From: Ktedonobacterales bacterium
GTDB taxonomy: Bacteria > Chloroflexota > Ktedonobacteria > Ktedonobacterales > JADMIN01
Length of the DNA stretch: 62,183 nucleotides
Reading direction: 5' to 3'
Assembly (NCBI GenBank): GCA_036559055.1
Contig: DATBTW010000256.1
Coordinates: forward strand, 1 to 62,183
Each line of letters starts with the position of its first letter. Position 1 is the first letter of the stretch. Made by a program: the position numbers and the translations under genes. Shown in pieces: positions 55,680-62,183 of the stretch. The notes under the pieces were generated by a model. That model did no database searches. It was not told the DNA's origin and saw nothing but the letters and a program-made list of their open reading frames with translations.

Positions 55680-57197
55680 CTACTCTTCCGCCTCTGGCTC
55701 CTGGTCAGCTTTGCCCTTCTTCGCCTTCGCGGCGGGCTTCTCGGCAGGCGCCGCTTCATCGGCCTGCTCCGCAGCATCGGCGCCAGCGCGTGCGGCGGCG
55801 GCGGCGTTGGCCTGCGCGTCGGCGGCCTCGGTCGCGGCCTCCGCCTCAGCCTGGTCAGCTTGGTCATCTTCCGTCGTCTCCTCGGCGGCGGGTGGCCACT
55901 TGCCCTCGGTGGCGATCTCCACCATGCGGTCGAGCGCCTTGTCGCGGCGCAGACGCGCGACGATGGAGCGCTTCTGGCTGGCGTTCAGGCTATTCCATCG
56001 CTCGCGGCGCCCGGCCGTGAGCGCGGTCATCATCTCGTACCACTGCGCGCCTTCATCGTCGCCCACGGTGATGTGCTCGGCGTCGGCGAGGGCGGCCATC
56101 CCCAGGTCGCGCTTGACCCGCTCGGTCGCCTCGGGCTGCAACTCCTCGCGGTAGGCTTCGGGGGTCTTGTTGGTGGCGTCGAGGAACTGCTCCAGCGTGA
56201 GGCGGCTGTCTTCCAGCATGCGCCGCGTCTCGCGCGTCATCGTGTCCATCTCATCCTCCACCAGCAGCGGATGGATGTTATAGGTGTTGGCCTCGATGAA
56301 GGCCTTGGTGACGGCGTCGCTCAACTCGCGATTGGCATCGCGCGAGCGCTGGGCGGCAAGCTGCTCGCGGATGGCGGCGCGCACCGCGTCCATGTCGCTA
56401 TATTCGCCGACCGACATGGCGAATTCGTCGTTCAGCTCGGGCAGCTCGTGCTCCTTGACCGCCTTCAGCGTGACCTCGTAGGTGGCCTCTTTTCCGGCGA
56501 AATCGGGGTTGCCGTAGTCTTCGGGGATGGTGGTGGTGAAGGTCTTGCTCTCGCCTTCCTTCATGCCGACGACTTGCTCATCCATGCCGCTGAAGATGCC
56601 TGCGCGCTCATCGGTGAGGACGAATTCGTTGTCGTGCAGATTGCTGATGTCGCGGTCGCCGCTGGTCAGCTTGAGGTCCATCGTCACCTGATCGCCGACC
56701 TTGGCCGGGCGGTCGGCGGGCAGCCAGGCGGCCTGCTGCTGTCGCAGCCGCTCGACGGTCTCTTCGACCTGCTCTTCGGTGATATCCAGGCTGGGCGGCG
56801 GCACGCGGATCGCTTTGTAATCGCCCAGCGTGGCGGGGGTCAGCACCGGCACATGCACCACGGCAGAGAACGGCTGGCCAATCTCCAGCGATTGCTCGGT
56901 ATCGACATGCGGCTGGGTGAGCGGCGTCAGGTTGTTCTCGGTGATGGCGTTGCGGTAGGCGCTGTCGATCAGGTCGTCAAGCCCTTCCTGATAGATCGCC
57001 TCTCTGCCGAGCATGCGCTCCAGTGTGGCGCGAGGGGCGTGGCCGCGGCGGAAGCCGTGGACGGTGTACTTCTGCGCCAGGCGCTTGTAGGCCTTGTCTG
57101 AGGCCGATTCGATCTCTGGCCAGTCCACTTCGACGTGAAGCTTCGCCTCGCTCTCAGGCGTGCGCTCGATGGTGACTTTCAAGGTAAGGGCCTCCAA
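55680..57197 (-). CDS. tig: Trigger factor with an Ala/Glu/Asp-rich C-terminal extension
   Basis: The N-terminal ribosome-binding region includes GFRRGHAP. FKBP-like and C-terminal arm domains follow. The last 70 aa or so are low complexity. Confidence 0.9.
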   Translation of the reverse strand: MEALTLKVTIERTPESEAKLHVEVDWPEIESASDKAYKRLAQKYTVHGFRRGHAPRATLERMLGREAIYQEGLDDLIDSAYRNAITENNLTPLTQPHVDTEQSLEIGQPFSAVVHVPVLTPATLGDYKAIRVPPPSLDITEEQVEETVERLRQQQAAWLPADRPAKVGDQVTMDLKLTSGDRDISNLHDNEFVLTDERAGIFSGMDEQVVGMKEGESKTFTTTIPEDYGNPDFAGKEATYEVTLKAVKEHELPELNDEFAMSVGEYSDMDAVRAAIREQLAAQRSRDANRELSDAVTKAFIEANTYNIHPLLVEDEMDTMTRETRRMLEDSRLTLEQFLDATNKTPEAYREELQPEATERVKRDLGMAALADAEHITVGDDEGAQWYEMMTALTAGRRERWNSLNASQKRSIVARLRRDKALDRMVEIATEGKWPPAAEETTEDDQADQAEAEAATEAADAQANAAAAARAGADAAEQADEAAPAEKPAAKAKKGKADQEPEAEE

Positions 57198-57395
57198 CCA
57201 TCACAAAGAAGCGCGCAGACCAACGCGCAGCCTCACGCGCGGCCAGCCAGCCTCGTGCGAGGCGGCCAGGCGACGTGGTCGAGAGGCGTTGGGGGCGCGG
57301 CAGTGTATCGCAGACAGCTCTCAGTGTACGCAAAGGATAGTATATCACCAGTCGCAGGGGAAAATCGCCAGTCGCGCGCAGTGGCGTGGGGGAGT

Positions 57396-57540
57396 CGCGG
57401 CCATCAATGGCCGGCGCACGGTGCGGGGGCATAGATGCCCCTTGGGACGCAGCGCGGCCAGCGTCTTCACGGCTTTCAAGCCGTCGTCGCGTGCTCCGGC
57501 CTTTCAAGGCCGAGAGTCGCGCCGCCAGCCGCGCTGCGGC
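57396..57540 (+). repeat. Multi-hairpin interspersed repeat, copy B
   Basis: ggccatcaatggcc, gggcatagatgccc, cggctttcaagccg and ccggcctttcaaggccg occur in the same order as at 30043-30168, with an extra insertion of about 11 nt. Confidence 0.75.
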
Positions 57541-57636
57541 CTATCGCGCTGGCGGCTGCGCGGCGGCGTGCGGTACAGTGTGTGGGCGTGTGTACGCTGA
57601 AGAACGGCCTAGACGAGCGACCCGAGGAGGTTTCGC

Positions 57637-58149
57637 ATGGCAAAGCAGTACCGGCAGGCCCCGGCGATGGCGATAGATCCCAATAAGCGCTACGTGGCGA
57701 CATTCCACACCGAGCGCGGCGACTTTCAGGTCGAGCTATTCGCCAAAGAGGCGCCGATGACGGTCAACAACTTCGTCTTCCTGGCGCGCGATGGCTTCTA
57801 TGACGGCGTCACCTTCCATCGCGTCATCAGGGGCTTCATGGCGCAGGGCGGCGATCCCACTGGCACAGGCACGGGCGGCCCCGGCTATCAGTTCAACGAC
57901 GAGCAGAGCGCGCTGAACCTCAAGCACGAAGGCGCGGGCACGCTGAGCATGGCCAACGCTGGCCGCAACACCAATGGCTCGCAGTTCTTCATCACCTTTG
58001 GCCCCACGCCGCATCTGAATGGCAAGCATGCCGTCTTCGGCAAGGTCATCAGCGGGATGGATGTGGTCAACAGCCTCCGCGAGCGCGACCCGGATCGCGA
58101 CCGCAACCCCGGCGACAAGATCCTGAGCATCGACATCAGCGAGCAATAG
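57637..58149 (+). CDS. Cyclophilin-type peptidyl-prolyl cis-trans isomerase
   Basis: [15 protein letters not shown] and [20 protein letters not shown] are canonical cyclophilin motifs. Confidence 0.95.
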   Translation: MAKQYRQAPAMAIDPNKRYVATFHTERGDFQVELFAKEAPMTVNNFVFLARDGFYDGVTFHRVIRGFMAQGGDPTGTGTGGPGYQFNDEQSALNLKHEGAGTLSMANAGRNTNGSQFFITFGPTPHLNGKHAVFGKVISGMDVVNSLRERDPDRDRNPGDKILSIDISEQ

Positions 58150-58222
58150 CGCCCGCGAGCGCATCCGCCAGCGGACGAGCCTTCCCAATCCAGGGAACGC
58201 ATCTGGGAGTGAGCGACGACCT

Positions 58223-59140
58223 TTGACGCAACCACAGGCCCCCACGCTGGCGGTGATCGCTGATCTGCATGGCAATCTGCCCGCGCTCGAAGCGGTTCTG
58301 GCTGATCTGGAACGTGTTCAGCCCGACGCCGTGGTGATCGCGGGCGATTTCGTGAATCGCGGGCCACAGAGCCACGCCGTCGTCGCACGCGCCGCGCGGC
58401 TGGGCTTCCCCGCCATCAGCGGCAACCATGATACGTGGCTCTCGTCGCTGGCGCGCGGCGAGCGCCTGCCCGATGGCTGGGAGACGTCCTGGTGGACCCC
58501 CGTGCGCCGCGCTGCGGAGGAGCTGGCGCCCGACGACCTGCGCTGGCTCGATGCGCTGCCCACCACGCTGCGTGTGGCGCTGCCGGGAGCCGAGCCAATG
58601 CTGATCGTGCACGGCAGCCCGCGCAGCAGCCGCGAAGGCATGGGGCGCATGCTCAGCGACGCCACGCTGGCGGCGGCGCTGGAAGGTGTCGAGGAGCGCG
58701 TCATCATCGGCGCGCACATCCACTATCCGTGGGAGCGCCTGGTCGGCGCACGGCGCACCGTGGTGATCGGCGCGGTCGGCTGCCCCTTCAACCTCGACAT
58801 CAACGCGCAGTATGGCCTCTTCACCTGGCGCGAGGGCGACTGGCGCTGCGAGCATCGCTCCGTCCCCTACGACCATGAACCACTGTACGCGGCGTGGCGC
58901 GCCAGCGGCTACCTGGACGACGGCAGCCTCGCATCCGAGCTGATGCTGCTGGAGCACCAGACCGCGCGCACGCAGTACGTGCCGTTCTGGGATTGGGCGC
59001 TGGAGCGCGGGCTGCCGCTGACGCGCGAGAGCCACACCAGCTTCGCGGCGCAGCGCGAGCCAGCGCCCGCGACCTTTCCCCGGCCCACCGACCTGAGCGG
59101 CGCGCTTGGCAGAGGGAACGCAGGGCAGACGCAGCGATGA
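58223..59140 (+). CDS. Metallophosphoesterase family protein
   Basis: It has the motifs IADLHGN, AGDFVNRG and GNHD. The ORF-track start is TTG. Confidence 0.8.
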   Translation: MTQPQAPTLAVIADLHGNLPALEAVLADLERVQPDAVVIAGDFVNRGPQSHAVVARAARLGFPAISGNHDTWLSSLARGERLPDGWETSWWTPVRRAAEELAPDDLRWLDALPTTLRVALPGAEPMLIVHGSPRSSREGMGRMLSDATLAAALEGVEERVIIGAHIHYPWERLVGARRTVVIGAVGCPFNLDINAQYGLFTWREGDWRCEHRSVPYDHEPLYAAWRASGYLDDGSLASELMLLEHQTARTQYVPFWDWALERGLPLTRESHTSFAAQREPAPATFPRPTDLSGALGRGNAGQTQR

Positions 59141-59476
59141 ATCCCAGGCGCCCGCATTGCGGTGACAGAGGCGAACGACCTGGAGCCGACGCGCGAGCAC
59201 GTCGCGACACTCAGCGCTCCACGCGGATAGGAAAACGTCTCTCGCTCCGGCAACCCGGCACATGAGCTGAGATAGTTAGTTACTGACGTCGACGTAAAAG
59301 GATGAATCTTGCGAGCGGAAGGGGCATGAGGACATCGAATACTCCACCTACTATGATACCTCCGCCAGCCTCTTTGTGATTGTCGCGTAACGCCATCAGT
59401 GCTAAAAGCATGTATGTGTGCAGGCTCTTTGGGTAATTGTGCTCCGCCGCCAAGAGAGGGCAAACCCTCTCTTGCT

Positions 59477-60160
59477 TCACGCTTCTCTTGGCTGGCCATG
59501 CTTATCCAGCAAGGCGTGTATGAGTGAATCCGCCAACCACTGTTCGTACTGCTGAGGCACCCACCCACGGTCGATGACGAACATGCGGTACAGATCGTGC
59601 GAGCCCGATGCCCAGATGATATCCGCCGCCTGCTCGACGGTTACTTCGCTGGCAAGCGCACCCTGCTTCGCCACTGCTGCGGCAACCGTCTGCGCATCGC
59701 GGAACCGTCCCTCGGCGAGTTGACGGAGCATCGCGGCAATTTCTGGATCGGCGGTGGCCGCTCCCTGCATGATCTCCGCCACGTCCGCCGAGCGCTCATG
59801 AATCTGCCGACCGTTTGCGGCAAAGATTGCCAGCAGTCGTCGCGCATCAGGTTCGGCAAGCATCGCGTGCCACCATGGTCGCTCTACTAAGGGCATAGGC
59901 TCCTCATCACCACCCACGACGAGTCGCACCAACGCTGTAAGCAGAGCCACTTTCGTCCCGAATATGGCGGTGATGGTCGGAGCAGATACTCCTGCCTCAC
60001 GCGCGATCGCCGGCAATGTCGTGGCCACATAGCCGTTCACGGCAAACAGACGCCGCGCAGCGTCCAAGAGCTTGCGACGTGTGAGCTCCGCCTGCAGTTG
60101 GCGCTGTGGAGAGTGATAGCGGCGTTTTGCAGATGTCTCGTCCTTCACATTCACCACCAT
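59477..60160 (-). CDS. TetR/AcrR family transcriptional regulator
   Basis: ATG at 60160. LLDAARRLFAVNGYVATTLPAIAREAGVSAPTITAIFGTK is the TetR HTH. Confidence 0.85.
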   Translation of the reverse strand: MVVNVKDETSAKRRYHSPQRQLQAELTRRKLLDAARRLFAVNGYVATTLPAIAREAGVSAPTITAIFGTKVALLTALVRLVVGGDEEPMPLVERPWWHAMLAEPDARRLLAIFAANGRQIHERSADVAEIMQGAATADPEIAAMLRQLAEGRFRDAQTVAAAVAKQGALASEVTVEQAADIIWASGSHDLYRMFVIDRGWVPQQYEQWLADSLIHALLDKHGQPREA

Positions 60161-60188
60161 TGACACATATTCAATATGAGTGTATAGT
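60160..60188 (+). promoter_or_regulatory. Near-consensus sigma-70 promoter with an embedded palindrome, a candidate TetR operator
   Basis: TTGACA (60160-60165), a 17-nt spacer and TATAGT (60183-60188). The spacer contains the palindrome CATATT-C-AATATG (60166-60178). The promoter points toward the 60268 gene. Confidence 0.6.
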
Positions 60189-60267
60189 ATCATAAATCAG
60201 CCGTGTGTGCAAGAGCGTCTGTGCGGTTTCAGGCGTTCGCACGGTGAGTATGTACATCTAGTGAGGA

Positions 60268-60696
60268 GTGTCCACCATGGAGCCATCTGTCGAGGCGAGT
60301 CTACTCAGTGTCATGGAACGCATCCGTGAGGCGACGAACCGTCATGATCTCGACGCCCTAGCAAACTGTTTCGCCGCTGATTATGCCAGCGCGTTCCCCA
60401 CGCATCCCGAGCGCGTCGTTGGCGGACGTGAGCAACTGCGGCGCACCTGGTCACGGATCTTCCAGGCCGTTCCCAATATCCAGTCAGAGCTACTGCGTTG
60501 GGCGACACATGGTACCACCATCTGGGCGGAGTGGGAATGGCATGGGACGCTCGCCACTGGCGCTCCATTTCTTCAGCGCGGCGTCACCATTCACGGCGTC
60601 GAGCATGGCGTCACGGCATGGGCGCGACTCTACATGGAGCCGGTTCGTGAAGATGCGCCTGGCATTGAAGCGTTTGAGGGGAGCGCACCCCAATGA
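60268..60696 (+). CDS. SnoaL-like / NTF2-fold protein
   Basis: INRHDLDALANCFAADY......G.E.L...W..IF...P......L......G.T.WAEWEWHGT is the SnoaL-like polyketide-cyclase-fold pattern. Confidence 0.7.
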   Translation: MSTMEPSVEASLLSVMERIREATNRHDLDALANCFAADYASAFPTHPERVVGGREQLRRTWSRIFQAVPNIQSELLRWATHGTTIWAEWEWHGTLATGAPFLQRGVTIHGVEHGVTAWARLYMEPVREDAPGIEAFEGSAPQ

Positions 60697-61583
60697 TCCT
60701 CATCGCTGGAGGGACCGGACTGCTGGGAACCCAGGTCACACGGCTGCTGACTGCTCAGGGGCAGGACGTGCGTGTCCTCACCCGCAATCCGCAGCGAGCA
60801 CGCCACCTGGAAGCGGGCCACGTTGAGTTCGTGACAGGCAGTGTCCAGGATCCCGACGCAGTAGCCCAGGCGGTAGCTGGCTCGCGCATGGTCATCTCGG
60901 CCATTCACGGATTTGCAGGACATGGCGCCTCAAACCCAACCACCGTCGATTTGCACGGCAATCGTGCCTTGATCCGAGCGGCACAGGCGCAGGGAGTCGA
61001 GCGCTTCATTCTCCTCTCGATCCATGGCGCTACCCTGGATCACCCGATTGAGCTCTTCCGCATGAAGCGGCGCGCGGAAGAGGAATTGCAGGCGAGTGGG
61101 ATTCCCTGGACCATTATCCGGCCGACAGCGTACATGGAGACCTGGACGAAATTGATTGGGGAGCCGCTCGTCATAACAGGCAAAACCCGCATCTTCGGAC
61201 GCGGCGAGAATCCGATCAATTTCGTCTCCGCCTCCGATGTGGCGCACTATGTGACGCTGGCCACTGAAGACAGCGGCATGACTAGGCAGTGTCTTGAGGT
61301 AGGCGGTCCAGAGAACCTCACCATGCGCCACGTAGCAGAGACTATCATGTGCGTGACCAAGGTTACTGGCGTTGTTACCCCTGTCCCATTGTCCATGATG
61401 CGGATGATGGCGACGCTGCTGCGTCCATTCAATCCCACGCTCGCTCGCCAGATCCAGGCGGCGGTCGTCATGGACACGAGGGATATGTCCTTCGACCCCA
61501 CCGCGCTACGGCAACGCTTTCCGACCATGCCATTCACGACTTTGGAAGACGTTGTGCGTAGGGACTTTGCTTCAGGTGTGTAG
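60693..61583 (+). CDS. NmrA-like / atypical SDR NAD(P)H-binding protein
   Basis: The N-terminal Rossmann motif is ILIAGGTGLLGTQVTRLL. The start overlaps the upstream stop (ATGA). Confidence 0.8.
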   Translation: MILIAGGTGLLGTQVTRLLTAQGQDVRVLTRNPQRARHLEAGHVEFVTGSVQDPDAVAQAVAGSRMVISAIHGFAGHGASNPTTVDLHGNRALIRAAQAQGVERFILLSIHGATLDHPIELFRMKRRAEEELQASGIPWTIIRPTAYMETWTKLIGEPLVITGKTRIFGRGENPINFVSASDVAHYVTLATEDSGMTRQCLEVGGPENLTMRHVAETIMCVTKVTGVVTPVPLSMMRMMATLLRPFNPTLARQIQAAVVMDTRDMSFDPTALRQRFPTMPFTTLEDVVRRDFASGV

Positions 61584-61636
61584 GTGAGACAGTGGATAGG
61601 TCACCTTTTGAATCGCCGAAACACCTGTCGCTGATC

Positions 61637-62183
61637 CTAAACCGAGTAGCCGCATTGTCGCGAGCAAGCGCGAATGACGTGCCGCTTGTGCCGCAGACGC
61701 TCTTTCGCCCGCAGCAGTTCGCGGCGCAGTTCAGCCAGATCGCGACAGCAGCGGTTCTTGAGCTCGACGCGCTTGAGATAGTTCCAGATACCCTCATCCG
61801 GGTTCAGATCCGGCGCATAGCCGGGCAGGCGCTCCAGATGCAACCGCTTGGCCGCTCCTGCCGCCAGGTAGTCCTTGATCGGCTGGCCTTTATGGATGGG
61901 GGAGCCATCCCAGATGACGAGCACCTTGCCGCGGATCTTGCGGAGCAGGAAGCGCAAGAACCCGACGACCGATTCGGCGGTATACGCGTGCTCTTGCATC
62001 TGCAGGAACAGACGCCCGTCCACGGTGATCCCACTGATGACCGACAGATGATCCCGCGTCAGCTTGACCCGCAGCACGGGCGTCTTCCCGCGTGGCGCCC
62101 AGGTGCGTACTGCCAGTGGCAGCAGATAAAAGCCGGACTCGTCTACCCAGACGATGGTGTATCCTTCGTCGGTCGCTTTTTTT
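61637..62183 (-). mobile_element. IS630-family (Tc1/mariner-type DDE) transposase, C-terminal part. The element continues beyond the window.
   Basis: The reading frame is open to the window edge. The DDE triad context is present: VWVDESGF, VIWDGSPIHK and YAPDLNPDEGIWNYLK. The element terminus must lie within 61584-61636. Confidence 0.85.

Noticed and set aside
59280-59480. A 66-aa minus-strand ORF between the metallophosphoesterase and TetR genes.
   Set aside because: It overlaps the TetR stop and a perfect 10-bp hairpin (caagagaggg-caaa-ccctctcttg, 59450-59473), it has no RBS, and it lies in low-GC DNA. I think it is more likely non-coding.

Overview
This is a 62.2-kb high-GC chromosomal segment (about 65-70% GC by eye). 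Protein styles and repeat content suggest Chloroflexota, possibly Ktedonobacteria-like, but that is inference only. Most of the window is housekeeping:
- a partial dapA-family gene, aroE, rtcB, tRNA-Leu(UAG), glyA, trmO, a DEAD-box helicase and an EF-G paralogue
- an Rrf2-sufC-sufS-sufU operon, a phosphomannomutase, pspA-pspAA and argS
- a tig / clpX / lon cluster, a cyclophilin, and several GNAT, VOC and hydrolase genes

Features not explained by ordinary gene content:
1. A 1.3-kb ORF-free region (1969-3300) holds a dense, oriented cluster of DnaA boxes. Four are perfect and at least ten have one mismatch. The cluster abuts a 26% GC stretch, so I read it as a candidate oriC, with no dnaA or dnaN in the window.
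2. A 1507-aa protein fuses three glycosyltransferase modules: a polyprenol-phosphate-sugar-synthase-like GT2, a membrane GT2 with a QRSRW motif, and a GT-C/GT39-like domain.
3. An interspersed multi-hairpin repeat of about 130 nt occurs in two clear copies, with looser relatives elsewhere. A second family of REP-like hairpins ends in a GGGGTGAGG tail.
4. A low-GC island encodes an XRE regulator. It is divergent, across a twin-palindrome operator, from a membrane-anchored protein and a small secreted four-Cys protein.
5. A stand-alone TIR-TPR protein.
6. Tandem paralogous membrane-anchored beta-propeller genes with near-identical 3' ends.
7. A second low-GC island (TetR-SnoaL-NmrA) ends at a partial IS630-family transposase at the window edge.

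I saw no CRISPR array, rRNA or prophage. All calls come from reading the sequence and the ORF translations. No database search was run.
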